A stretch of 48,657 bases of DNA from Octopus bimaculoides (GCF_001194135.2 NC_068985.1:9160263-9208919); one strand, 5' to 3'. Shown: positions 1-11,793, numbered from the stretch's first letter. Notes: generated by a model from the letters alone, not told the origin. Made by a program: numbers and translations.

Positions 1-54
1 CTGAGTAACAGCTTTTGGGATGTCTTTGCAGCTTAATTAATAAAATATATATGC

Positions 55-206
55 AACAGGCTTCTTGCTGTTTCCGTCTGCTCACAAGGCGCTTCGGTCG
101 TCCTTAGGTTATCGTAGAAGACACTTGCCCAAGGTACCACACAGTGGGACTGAACCCGGAACCATGTGATTGGGAAGAAAACTTCTTATGACACAGCTAC
201 GCCTGT
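55..206 (-). mobile_element. tRNA-type SINE family 1, 5' head fragment
   Basis: Minus strand gives A-box-like and B-box-like (GGTTCAGTCCC) segments followed by a CORE-like CCTTGGGCAAGTGTC; overlaps the sequence of the copy at the window end. Confidence 0.7.
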
Positions 207-799
207 GGACTCTTCGTTAGGAAAACCAGTAAATTTCTTATCTCACATCCTCCGAGGTTGCCAATATGTCAGACATGACGTAAAAAATAAAACCTATTTA
301 AAACCGACACTCCAGTCCGACATGTTCAGCGTTTTATACAGGCCAACCTCACTCCGGTTGTTTGACCATCGTTTTATGTACTTATCGTCATAACAACCGA
401 GGTATTTGGATGGCTGAGTATGACATGGGTTTTGTTTATACTCCACCCGCATTCCTTACAGATAAGAGGCTTTGCTTTATCATGTTGCAGCCTTGCTTTA
501 TCGTGTCGGACATTCAGCGGGCTCTATCTACTAAGATCACTATTTACATGTAACAACAGATTCTCCACTTCTCCTCTACCTCCCTGCGTCGATCTGTCTA
601 TATATTATTTTCTTCCTTTTTCTCTTTCCCGTCTTACGTGTGTTGGGTATGGCCGTGTGTGTGTGTGTATGAGTATACGTGTATGAACGTGTATGTGTGA
701 CAGTTCATGCGTATTCCAATGTGACACAGCTTCGGTTGCTCCATTTCTGTGTCTCACCGTTCTTTCATTGTTTGTCTTTTTATGTTTATTTCACTTATT

Positions 800-940
800 T
801 CTTTTCACTGGTTTCATTGGACTCAGGCCATGCTGGGGCACCACCCTAAGCAGTTTAGTCGAAGAAGTTGACTCCAGTATTTATTTTAAAGTCTGCCTCC
901 CGATTGTCGATTAACTAAGTTACGAGGGACATAAACAAAC
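800..940 (-). mobile_element. SINE family 1, decayed 3' fragment
   Basis: CATTGGACTCAGGCCATGCTGGGGCACCACC...TAAGTTACGAGGGACATAAAC resembles 48370-48510. Confidence 0.55.
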
Positions 941-1149
941 GAATATGTTCCTCATCACCATCATTTAATTCTTCACAGCTACGGCTACTACGGGTTCATT
1001 TCTCACGCTCTCCTAAATGTGATTAGCCATGGAGCTCTCCTACAAGTACCCGCCCTTCTCCGCTCCTTTTTCTCATATCTTAATCTTCATCTAAAAACTC
1101 AAAGGCTCTTCTTTTCTGGTTTTGTAGTCTAATCAGCTGCATAATAACC

Positions 1150-1330
1150 TCACTTGTGCTGATGGCTTAAAAAGAAGCCCCCACATGGTGCACACTGTAA
1201 AGTGGGGTCGCCGTTTGGAAGGGCACGCCGAAGCAGACACTGGTGCACGATGAGGTCCTTGGACACATCGGATCCTGTGAAAGCGTCGAAACCATTCCAG
1301 CATGGAACATGGGCATTAAATAATGATGAA
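1150..1330 (+). mobile_element. SINE/LINE 3' tail family 4, decayed
   Basis: GGAAGGGCAC...CCAGCATGGAACATGGGCATTAAATAATGATG parallels 4560-4700. Confidence 0.5.
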
Positions 1331-1717
1331 GAGATTAATGACGATCATTGTAATAAATGAGTCTTGATAGCGAGCTACACGTAAAGGTGCAGCTCTGAAC
1401 CCATCATTTGGGCACGTTATGGGCACACATACACGTTATGGGCACAAACACACACACACATTGCAATTAATCGTGCTTTTATATAGTCTCTGTAGAGTTA
1501 AAATTTTTCTTGGGTAGATGTGTTTGAACGGAGTGTTTGAGAGAAATTCTTATTTATTGATTAAATCTCAGGTCATGTTATTGTTTACAAACTATTCAGG
1601 TTTGTAGAACTTTGTAAGCAGGTGTGAGTATTTGGGTGTGTCTGCTTCAGGCCATGTGACACTATAAGATTGTTATCATAGCTGAACATAAAAAGAAACA
1701 TTAACGTATATAGATAG

Positions 1718-1755
1718 CTAAATCGATAGATAGATAGATAGATAGATAGATAGAC

Positions 1756-1797
<42 letters not shown>

Positions 1798-1830
1798 CTA
1801 AATCGATAGATAGATAGATAGATAGATCTA
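1718..1830. repeat. (TAGA)n microsatellite (a second tract lies at about 2335-2430)
   Basis: Direct tandem TAGA units. Confidence 0.95.
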
Positions 1831-2331
1831 ATAAAAATGGAACAAAGACGAAATTGAGAGCATTAAAATGTTCGGACAGATAGACGATACAAAGACGGAC
1901 AAGAGAAACAACAATTAGAAGGACAGACAAAAAAAGACGGGTCATTCTTGGCTTTCTTTCATCAGTAAAGTCCCAGAAGTCACGACCATTGAGATGGTTC
2001 GATCTGGTTTCCCCCACAAAAGTCTAAGCTAAGAGCATTAGACCCCTTTGTAAGAAAGCTAGCCAATATGTAAGGCAACAAAGACAAAAATCAAACAACA
2101 AAAAAACGGAGAACACGGTATACATTTACGAATACAGAAATAACAACAGGCGTCTTTCGACTGAGAACGAATCATATTGAGCTGGCGTATATGAAGTAAA
2201 AGCCTAAAAGGAGGAACATGGGAGATGGACACAAGAGGTGTTGACGGTCGGCAGTCAGGCCAAGAAAGAGAGATCATGGTTGGCCGGACACCGGACACGT
2301 GGAAGGAGGAGAGATGAGTAGGGGACAGCAG

Positions 2332-2372
<41 letters not shown>

Positions 2373-3556
2373 GTAGATAGATAGATAGATAGATAGATTG
2401 GTAGATAGAGAGAGAAAGAGAGAGAGAGAGTATAACGATAGTTATAATCCCAGCTGTGTCCTCATGAAGCACATCAGCGTATTACAGTTCTCCTAAGTAA
2501 ATTTGTAGATGTTCTGAATTATACGAGAGCTGAAAATAGCGAAGAATGCTGTTAAACCGTTGTTGACATCACGATTGGGTGATACATAAATAGGACAAAG
2601 AAGCCCAAGCCTAAGAAGCGATCGTTTTAGATATCAGTGAAAAATAATAACTGAGAAATGTTATAAAAACTACCTTCGAAGTCCTCTAAGTGAGGAAAAT
2701 AAAATGTTGGAACATTTAAATATATACCATTAGGAAGTCGTGCATGAGCCTAGGCAGTGACATTTTAGTTCACTTAATAAAGTTATTCATTCATTGTGAG
2801 TACACAAACACCCAACAGGTAGTCGCTGTTATAGATTTAAGCATATCTTAATTAAACAAATTGGATAGATGAACCTCCAATATAGTATAAAATGAAAACT
2901 ATGGAATATATCCCACTAGTTACTTCGCAGGATATCTTGGTGATTATTCACCTTGTCAGCCGCTGTTGAACTAAAGATAGTGGTATGTTTTGCCAAACAG
3001 TCTATAACAGTTGTCGATATATAAAGGAGACCAGGAACGAAGCTATCACCGAGAAATAATAATTGTCTTAAGTTGTTCGAATATTTTCTAAGTACTTTGC
3101 TGGAGGGCTTCAATAAGTTAGGTTGAGACTCCTAAAGACATAGCAGAAGTTATATACGATGGACAGTTACACATGAACCTAGGTAATGAAAATTTCGAAT
3201 TCTATACATTATTATTTTATGGCTTTTTCGACCTCTCGCTTCACGGTTAAAACAATAATTTGCTTCATATCTCTAGAAGCTTCAACCGGTTTAGAATTCC
3301 TACTTTTAAGCACAAAGCTACAAAATAAATGTAGAACATTCAAAGTGTTTATTTAGTATAATTGTTTGAACGTCTACCAAGATTACAGCAGATTTGAGTT
3401 CGATACCTACGGGCAGCATTCGATTTTGTTTTTTTCCTATCCAAAAGGATTTTTAACTCAATATTCTACACGCTAACATTTATGGTTTTATTGACTTCGA
3501 TTTTTACAGTTTTAAAAATGATTTACATCTAATATTTTGTTCTTTTCTATGACCAG

Positions 3557-3769
3557 GTTGTGACAGCGGATTTGGTCACAGTTTAGCCCAACGATTACAC
3601 AGTAAAGGATACACGGTTTACGCAGGATGTTTGTTTTCCCAACAAGATGGCGCCAAGGAACTTCGAGATATGCAATCAGACCGCATGCACGTTATTCAAC
3701 TTGATGTAACGTGCGATGATCAGGTCGAAAAAGGAATGGAATATGTTAGATCAACACTTGGTGACAAAC
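3557..3769 (+). CDS. SDR (RDH/HSD17B6/BDH1-like) internal exon A, cofactor-binding region
   Basis: Pyrimidine tract plus AG at 3555-3556; translates GCDSGFGHSLAQRLHSKGYTVYAGCL...MHVIQLDVTCDDQV...TLGDK; GTAAG donor at 3770; 213 nt, phase 1-1. GCDSGFG is the (T)GxxxGxG Rossmann motif typical of this SDR group. Not in the ORF track because it has no ATG. Confidence 0.93.
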
Positions 3770-3839
3770 GTAAGATCGAGCGTTGTTTTTGAAAATTTTA
3801 TTATTGATTTGTTTTTGTTTTTGCTTACCTCCGAATCGT

Positions 3840-4222
3840 GGAGGTGCAATGGCCTGGTGGTTAGGGCAGCGGAATCGCGGTCATAGGATCGCAATTTCGA
3901 TTCCCAGACCGGGCGTTGTGAGTGTTTATTGAACGAAAACGCCTAAAGCTCCACCAGGATACGGCAGGGCGTGGTGGTGAACTCTGCTGTACTCTTTCAC
4001 CACAACTTTCTCTCATTCTTTCTTCCTGTTTCTGTTGTACCTGGGGCCAGCCTTGTATTTCAAAGGGTCAGCCTTGTCACATTCTGTGTCAAGCTGAATC
4101 TCCCCGAGAACTACGTTTTGTCTGTGGAGTGCTCAGCCACTTGCACGTTAATTTCACGAGCAGGCTGTTCCGTTGATCGGACCAACTGGAACCCTCGTCG
4201 TTGTAATCGACGAAGTGCCACG
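3840..4222 (+). mobile_element. tRNA-type SINE family 2, full length
   Basis: A-box-like TGGCCTGGTGG, B-box-like TTTCGATTCC, body shared with four other copies; 8-bp flanking direct repeat TCCGAATC at 3830-3837 and 4226-4233. Confidence 0.9.
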
Positions 4223-4469
4223 ACTTCCGAATCAGCCCTAACTGAGTACGCATATAACAAATAGCGCTCCACCTCTGACCATCCCATCTTCATATGGTGC
4301 ATTACATGTCTAGGATTTCATTATCCTACTGGCTCTCCATTTTCAGGAGAATACTGTGTAATTAGAGGGGAATTTGGTTGTTATTTCTTGCATGTTGATC
4401 AGTGGCATAGGACTTGGTCTATAGTTTGTAGAGTGAGTAAGTTATTATATATTCTAGATATAATACTAG

Positions 4470-4705
4470 CATTCGAGTGTGGTTGATGCCAGTGCCGCCT
4501 GACTGGCTCCCGTGCTGGTGATACGTAAAAAGCACCCACTACACTCTCAGAGTGGTTAGTGTTAGTAAGGGCATCCAGCTGTAGAAACTCTGCCAGATCA
4601 GATTGGAGCCTGATGCAGCCTTCTGGCTTGCAAGCCCTCAGTCAAACCGTCCAACCCATGCCAGCATGGAAAGCGGACGTCAAACGACGACGATGACGAT
4701 GATGC
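4470..4705 (+). mobile_element. SINE family 4, 3' part with (GAC/GAT)n tail
   Basis: TAAGGGCATCCAGCTGTAGAAAC...CCAACCCATGCCAGCATGGAAAGCGGACGTCAAACGACGACGATGACGATGATG; RTE-like tail style (inference). Confidence 0.65.
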
Positions 4706-5080
4706 TGATAATACATAAATTAAACATCATAATAATAACCAGACCATTATTCATTTTAAACAAGAGTTGGTTAATACACTCACTCTTGTTCAATCGATAT
4801 TCTAGTCCCTTCCCTTGGAAGTCCTTAATTTCTTCCATCCTACAAATCCTGTTTGAAAGCTACATCCTCTATATTTCTTTCTCACAAAAACTGCTACCCT
4901 TTGAAACGCCTTATAGACCCTTATCTAGAGAATTTGAAGCTGAATATCAACCACATCGATCCAGAAGGTTAAGTCCGGAGCGATTTACAAGGTGTATGAG
5001 AACTGCACATTAATGTCCATCTCTTAAGGCTGTGTGAGGAAAGATGACAAAAGCCTTCAGCTCTCTAGGATAGAGATAAT

Positions 5081-5399
5081 TGGTTATGGTTTCTCCATCA
5101 AAAATTAGCTCGTCTTTCAAACCATCTAACTTTCTTATGTAGATGTAGTGACTCGAAGCTAATTCCACCTGACTTGAATATAATGACACCAGTCGATTGA
5201 TATAAAGCTAAAAGAGTAGCGGAAAGGGCAGGACATACCCTTGTCCGTGAGAGGATCCATTACAACCGTTGGAAAAAAACATCAGCTAAATAACGAAATC
5301 AAAGAGGAGTTATCTTCATTACTTAGAAAAATAACCAGAGATGATGATGAGAAACTCCATCAAAAACTAGCTCGCCTCTCAAACCATCTAATGGTTATG
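5081..5399 (+). mobile_element. Penelope-like element N-terminal ORF relic
   Basis: From 5093: LHQKLARLSNHLTFLCRCSDSKLIPPDLNIMTPVD*YKAKRVAERAGHTLVRERIH, resembling the 'NH..F..RC....IP..L....P....A..I.ERA...L.RERI' N-terminus of PLE ORFs; one internal stop. Confidence 0.55.
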
Positions 5400-6155
5400 T
5401 TTTGTCAATGATAAGTTTGTATCGTTGCACTAAATTTGATAGGTTGATTACAAGAAATAACACGGAGAAAGAAAGCGTGATAAAGACTGGAGATCGATAT
5501 AGACTCTGGTCAAGAAGTATTAAATAGAGTATTCTGTTCACGACATGTGGTGTGATAGGAGCAACCAACTCGGGGAAAGTTTTAAAACTTCAAGCGTAGA
5601 GGACACACAGGTTTTCACAATATAAGAGATATATTTCATATTTGAAGTCAGGAAAAAAGGCAATGCCCACGAACCATTGCCGTGTCCCCGCGACTAGAAG
5701 GGAGGAAATTATCCTCAAAGTGAATCCCTGGTTCGAATCCCTGCAACAAAGTGGAGGCCACTAAAGGGAGACAAGGTACCAGGAAGTGGTGTCAAACCGT
5801 GCAACGATTAATCCTACTGTACAAGACTATGGTAAAATTTGTATTCAGAAGTTAAGGCACCTGAACAAATATTGCAAAGCATTCGGTATGGCGATGCTTC
5901 ATTTGCAACAACCTACCGCTCAGACTGGGGCATTTAAACGATTCTTGAAGAACGAAAAGTAAAGTTGAGCTTGTCAGGATTTGAAACTGGAGCGTTGAGA
6001 AATCGGAACAGATACTGCATGGCATTGCATCCGACGTTCTGACAAGCCTCCTATTTCGCCACCTGTTATTGAACTGTCATACTATCAGTTTCAAGCGGGC
6101 AATGATTGTAACGTTGCTACAGATAATAACTAATCTTTTGTTTGTTCATTTTCAG

Positions 6156-6338
6156 AATTATGGGCGTTGATTAACAATGCTGGAATCGCATCATTTGGAG
6201 AAATCGAATGGACAAGTGTACCATTGTTCAAGAAAATTATGGATGTAAACGTGATTGGTGTTGTAAGGGTAACAAAGGCATTCCTACCCCTTCTACGAAA
6301 TATCAAAGGACGTGTTATCAATGTTGCAAGTTTAGCGG
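6156..6338 (+). CDS. SDR internal exon B (NNAG motif, catalytic Asn and Ser)
   Basis: TTTCAG acceptor ending 6155; QLWALINNAGIASFGEIEW...MDVNVIGVVRVTKAFLPLLRNIKGRVINVASLAG; GTATGT donor at 6339; 183 nt, phase 1-1, in frame with exon A. Confidence 0.95.
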
Positions 6339-6585
6339 GTATGTATCATTTGATTTTCTTATTTGCTTTTCACCGAACTCCTCCTATCATTCTGCTATAC
6401 TATTTCTATTTGTACCTCTGACCCTTTCATTATATCGCTCTAAAATTATGCATTTAAATAGGTAAATACATATGTGTGAAATTAAAACATGCTAATACCA
6501 AACTCACATGTCAGCTCTCTCACTTACAAACATATACACGAGCGTAGAAACATGAACTTATCTGTGTGTATATATATCACCTATT

Positions 6586-6834
6586 GGTCACAATGCGCTT
6601 CGCATCGTTTTAGCTTTCAAATGATGACACTCTGCTGGCTAGGCGAACAGACGAACATTGCCCCTGTTCTGAAGGCTACTCTATCACAGGGTTGCCCATT
6701 TATAGCTGAGAGGACTAGAGTAACTTGAAATGAAGTGTTTTGCTCAAGAACACAACGCGCCACCGGGTCTGCAAATCGAACCCACGATCTAGCGATCGTG
6801 TGTGAAATGCACTAACTACTAGGATACACGCCTT
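6586..6834 (-). mobile_element. tRNA-type SINE family 5
   Basis: Head and GTGTTCTTGAGCAAAACACTTCATTTCA segment shared with the + copy at 46295; the tails differ. Confidence 0.75.
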
Positions 6835-7047
6835 TACACACGCACGAGCACGTGTCCTTTATGGATAACAGAAGCAATGTTAGACCAGTTTACTGTTAGC
6901 TGAATGATTTAATGTTATTTAAAACACTTAATACTTATTCAAGAATGTTTAAGTATCCTTGGAAACAGCACGATTTTGAATTTTTCTTTTGGGGGTAGGC
7001 AAAAAACAGTGACTAAAGAGTAATGTTTTGTTGGTGTAGTGTTTTTT

Positions 7048-7229
7048 CAGTGAGCTAGCAGAATCGTTAGCCCGACGGGAAAAATACTCAGCGGTATTTC
7101 GTCTGTCTTTACGTTCTGCGTTCAAATCCCCACCCCCGAGGCCGACTTAGCCTTTCATCTTCTTGGTATCGATAAAATGAGTAATCGACTTACAACCTAT
7201 ATTGCTGGTCATTTACCAAAATTTAAAAC
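7048..7229 (+). mobile_element. SINE family 3, decayed
   Basis: GAGCTAGCAGAATCGTTAG...GTTCAAATCC...GCCTTTCATCTT..GGTATCGATAAAATGAGTA; homologous to 13543-13780. Confidence 0.7.
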
Positions 7230-7334
7230 TAGTATTCTGTTTGAGAGTATAGGCAATTTTGTAGATTCTTGATAGTGTTATGCTATGAGAGAGTATTGTT
7301 GCACAGTAAAATCGTCTACTTTCCTGAAGTTCAA

Positions 7335-7706
7335 ACAACGCGACACTCCGTCGGTTACGACGACGAGGGTTCAAGTTGATCCGATCAACGGAACAGCCTG
7401 CCCATGAAATTAACGTGCAAGTGGCTGAGCACTCCACAGACACGTGTACCCTTAACATAGTTCTCGAGGAGATTCAGCGTGACACACAGTGTGACGAGAC
7501 TGGCCCTTTGAAATACAGGCACAACAGAAACAGGAAGAAAGAGTGAGAGAAAGTTGTGGTGAAAGAATACAGCAGGGCCTGCCGGAGCCTCGTGGAGCTT
7601 TAGGTGTTTTCGCTCAATAAACACTCACAACACCTGGTCTGGGAATCGAAACCGCGATCCTACGACCTTGAGTCCGCTGCCCTAACCACTGGACCATTGC
7701 GCCTCC
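7335..7706 (-). mobile_element. SINE family 2
   Basis: Reverse complement of 3840-4222 over its full length. Confidence 0.9.
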
Positions 7707-7810
7707 TCCACGTTGTTTTTAAGGTTGTTTCTACAGATATTCTATAGAAATTACAGCCAGCGCTAATTTTTGCTACAACGTTTCGTATCGAGACGTCAGA
7801 TGAAAACACG

Positions 7811-8654
7811 CAATGAGATCGGGGACAAAAGTGAGTAATGAGTGTACCTGCTATACTTCAGGGGTTGTTGCCTCTTCATCAGCACCCATCTAACCCACTT
7901 CTGTCTCTGAACATATTGCTTATATAGCCACCGCATACAGCAGTGTTAAAGTTACCAATTTACATAGACGCATTCCTGGAACTGGTTGTTGTTGGCACTC
8001 CGTCACTTATGACGTCAAGGGTTCCAGTTGATCCGATCAACGGAACAGCCTGCTCGTGAAATTAACGTGCAAGTGGCTGAGCACTCCACAGACACGTGAA
8101 CCCTTAATGTAGTTCTCGGGGATATTCAGCGTGACACAGTGTGACAAGGCTGACCCTTTGAATTACAGGCACAACAGAAACAGGAAGTAAGAGTGAGAGA
8201 AAGTTGTGGTGAAAGAGTACAGCAGGGTTCGCCACCATCCCCTGCCGGAGCCTCTTGGAGCTTTAGGTGTTTTCGCTCAATAAACATTCACAATGCCCGG
8301 TCTGGGAATCGAAACCGCGAGTCCGCTGCCCTAACCACTGGGCCATTGCGCCTCCACCCTGGAACTGGTATGTAGACATTAAAGGTTTGTAGGTACGTAA
8401 CACTTCGTTATATAAACACAATATATTATGAAGTATACTAAATTTTTTTTTGTTTGTTTCTATAAGTCGGCATCACGTCCCACTGCATCAGCAGTGCTTG
8501 TTCCATAATTTTTAATGTTGTTTCTGGGAGCAGAAGTGGATTAGATGGGTGTTGATGAAAGGGCAAAAACCCCACAAAATATGGCATATACGCCCTTTTG
8601 TCTCTGATCTCATTGCTCGTTTACATAAGTGCCACGTACCTACAAACCTTTAAT
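7811..8654. mobile_element. Fold-back (inverted-repeat) element with hammerhead-like arms, interrupted by a SINE
   Basis: 7811-7831 vs 8595-8615 (19/21), 7861-7903 vs 8531-8573 (38/43) and 8378-8398 vs 8634-8654 (21/21) are inverted repeats. Confidence 0.7.
7987..8357 (-). mobile_element. SINE family 2 with 12-bp target-site duplication
   Basis: Reverse complement of 3840-4222; CCTGGAACTGGT at 7975-7986 and 8358-8369. Confidence 0.92.
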
Positions 8655-9808
8655 AACACAGCAGTTGATCCAGATATCAATCTCTACATATCGATACTTT
8701 TACTTAAACGTAAATTGGTGTATGACTGACAACTGCACAACACGGAATACAGGGGAAAACAAACTGAAACAATATAGTTTCGATTTCACGCTGATAATAT
8801 CACTTTAGGAATGTTAGCTACGTTGCGCAATATTATTTTCTGTTGCACCTGAGATGCAATCAGTTGTATATAGTAAGTTAGATAGCTTGCTGGCATAAAT
8901 ATTTCTTCTTTTGATTGCGAGTGTATTTAAATGTTTCCCAGTATGTGGTGAAGAAAAGAATTCAATCGCAAACCCTGTGCTTTCACTGAACGAATAGTTC
9001 AGTTCACTATCCAATACGCAAAAAACAACAATAAAATCCACACTACTCACTCACACAGCAATAACATACAGACACACATACTTCCTATAATACTGTCATA
9101 ACAATACCATGCACATATTTTCCATATAAGACACATATCTTTCAAAGCACTCAGTGCCCCACCATTCAGCGTCACATAACACATATCCACACAATATACG
9201 TCAGCAACAATCACATTAAGAAACTTGAGCACACATACCCCCACCCCACCCCAACACACACACACACACACACATACATTAGCTTAAATAGCGTGCACAG
9301 ACAATCATACAAATTAGGCATATAGTTATCTCCCTTGTTGCTCTTGTGTGCATAAAAGCTCTTTAGTTCCTAACTTCCGATACTGCCAACGTGACTTACT
9401 GTAAACTATCTTTCCACCTTCTGTGTTTCCTTTGTCATTTTGCTTTTCTTTTCTCTTAATATTCTTTTCTCTCATTCTATTCCCCGAAAAAAGTTTTATG
9501 TTTAAAACGTCAAAATCCTTTCATTTTCCATTTCCTTAGTTTCTCCCGTAGTTACCATTCGTTGTTTTCACCCTGTTTTTCATCTTATTTCCTCATGGTC
9601 AATGTTCCACCCGTATTCCAATGCTCACATTTGTATTCACGTAGATGCTTTTTTCTTTTCCATTTCATGTAGTACTTGATTCTATTGGTACTCTTGAGTT
9701 TATACCATTAAAATCTATTCCCACAGGCTACCATATATATATGTATATATATATAAAAGTGTATATATTTGCGTTGGGAATCACTCCCCATCGCCAACCG
9801 GTGGTTGT

Positions 9809-9852
9809 CACACGCTGATGACGGGTCAATACCCAGAACTCGGGTCTGTGTG
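9809..9852 (+). ncRNA. Type I hammerhead ribozyme-like motif
   Basis: CACACG / CTGATGA / C-GGGT-CAAT-ACCC-A / GAA / C-TCGG-GT / C / TGTGTG: stem I 6 bp, stem II 4 bp, GUC cleavage triplet; GAAA is one A short. Confidence 0.55.
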
Positions 9853-10018
9853 CATCACGTGAGGCTGGAGATGGGAACGATGACTTCCCTTTGCAAATAC
9901 TGATAGGGCACAGACAGTGTGTCAATAGCCAGCTGGAGGAGATGTCTTCCTGGGGCTAAAAGCTACAGTAGCATCGACCCTTAAGGGTTAGCCACATTTA
10001 GGTGGCAAATATACTTCA

Positions 10019-10085
<67 letters not shown>

Positions 10086-10089
10086 TGTA

Positions 10090-10314
10090 TTGTAATACCT
10101 CGACTATCGTGGATGTTACGTTCCAAAACCTCCCACAGAAATAATTAAAATCTAAAAGAATATAAATACCTATCGGTTGCAGAAACCTGCGATATTTATT
10201 TACATATATTAGCCAGAAAAATCCGCGATGTACTCAGTGCGCGATAGGTGAACCGGTGAACCGCTATGTATTGAGTGCATGATAGGTGAACTGCGATATG
10301 GCGAGGGATTACTG
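10090..10314 (-). mobile_element. pogo/Tigger-like MITE, internally deleted
   Basis: Ends GCGATATGGCGAGGGATTACTG then TA; homologous to 28024-28485 and 38742-39233; internal ~25-bp duplication near 10231-10283. Confidence 0.75.
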
Positions 10315-10994
10315 TATATATCTGTACGTATATATATGTGTACGTATATATATATGTACGTATATATATATTTGTGTGTTTATATGCGTTTGTGTATGTG
10401 TTTATATATGCATGTATATATATGTGTGTGTGTGTGCGCTTGCACATACACACACATTCGCATGTACATACATACATAATACAAACATACATACATACAT
10501 ATTTGTATATTTATAGCTGAACACTGACGAAGTAAGGTACAAAAGTTACAATTCGCCACTAAGCTAAAAGCGAACAATGGCATGAGAAAATGTCGTACCT
10601 TCGTGTGTTTTAAATGTTGGTTGAAATGTCTTTGCTTTTAGTCCATTGAGGATTGACTAGAGACTAAACAGCAACAACAATAACACTCACAAATGCATTA
10701 TGACCACCAGTATAGAAAAAAAAAAACCTTCACAGTTATGAAACGTGCGCAGTTGTGTTCTATTGTGAAACGTACACCCACAAGTGTAAATTTACCCTCA
10801 TGCACACGCATGCACACAGCACACTCACATATATGCATACATCAACAAATTCAGCTGATTATAAAGTGTAACAGCTGCTTGGACTTTGTCCCCTTTATTA
10901 TCATATTTCTGCTACTAAATTACAATCCTTGTTTCGATTAATTTGGAAAATATTGAAGAATTTAGAAAGATAGCTTTGTCGTTATTTAATTGGT

Positions 10995-11140
10995 GCCAAA
11001 TTCCACCGGAGTCGACTTTACCTTTCATTCTTTCGGGGTCGATTAAATAAGTACCAGTTACGCACTGGGACCGATGAAATTGACTAGCCCCCCCCCCCCG
11101 CTCCCCAAAATTTTAGGCTTTGTGTCTATAATACAAAGGA
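10995..11140 (+). mobile_element. SINE family 3, 5'-truncated
   Basis: AAATTCCACCGGAGTCGACTTTACCTTTCATTCTTTCGGGGTCGATTAAATAAGTACCAG matches 13620-13690. Confidence 0.75.
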
Positions 11141-11409
11141 TTATTTCAATCAACATGAGATTTCTAAGTTTTTAATTTAAATTTACTTTTATGAAGAAGT
11201 TTCTATTGTAGGAACCGAGGCGATTTCAGGCGCTTTGTATCAAAAGGGTGTTATTTTATTAGTGACCAGCTTCGACTCTGTACAAGAAAGCCTTACAATA
11301 ATTCCTCCATAACACACTCACACACACATACACTCTCTCTCTCTCACACATACACACACACGCACACACACATACATGCACACACGCACACAAGGAAGTG
11401 ATATATGCC

Positions 11410-11793
11410 CACTGTCGTGGCATGCCGTCGGTTACGACGATGAGGGTTCCAGTCGATCCGATCAACGGAACAGCCTGCTCGTAAAATTAACGTGCAAAGT
11501 GGCTGAGCACTCCACAGACACGTGTACCCTTAACGTAGTTCTCGGGATAATCAGCGTGACACAATGTGACAAGGCTGACCCTTTGTATTACAGGCACAAC
11601 AGAAACAGGAAGAAAGAGTGAGAGAAAGTTGTGGTGAAAGAGTACAGCAGGGTTCGCCACCAACACCTGCCGGAGCCTCGTGGAACTTTTGGTGTTTTCG
11701 CTCAATAAACACTCACAACGCCCGGTCTGGGAATGGGAATCGAAATCTACGACCGGGAGTCCGCTGCCTTAGCCACTGGGTCATTGCGCCTCC
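11410..11793 (-). mobile_element. SINE family 2
   Basis: Reverse complement of 3840-4222; TATATGCC direct repeat at 11402-11409 and 11794-11801. Confidence 0.88.

Noticed and set aside
166-914. ORFs at 166, 362, 420 and 693 as the SDR N-terminus
   Set aside because: None ends in an ITG-type phase-1 donor or resembles an SDR N-terminus.
2150-2275. Minus-strand GGC-CTGACTG ... CAGTC-GAAA-GAC-GCC as a long-range hammerhead
   Set aside because: It needs a 4-nt core deletion and a ~95-nt loop, so it is too permissive to distinguish from chance.
3922-4264. Recurrent ORFs such as MSVECSATCTLISRAGCSVDR in several places
   Set aside because: They are chance frames inside the five SINE family 2 copies.
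5700-5770. Perfect B-box GGTTCGAATCCC at 5730-5741 as a tRNA gene
   Set aside because: The T-stem does not pair and no cloverleaf or A-box could be built. SINE heads elsewhere were likewise not called tRNAs.
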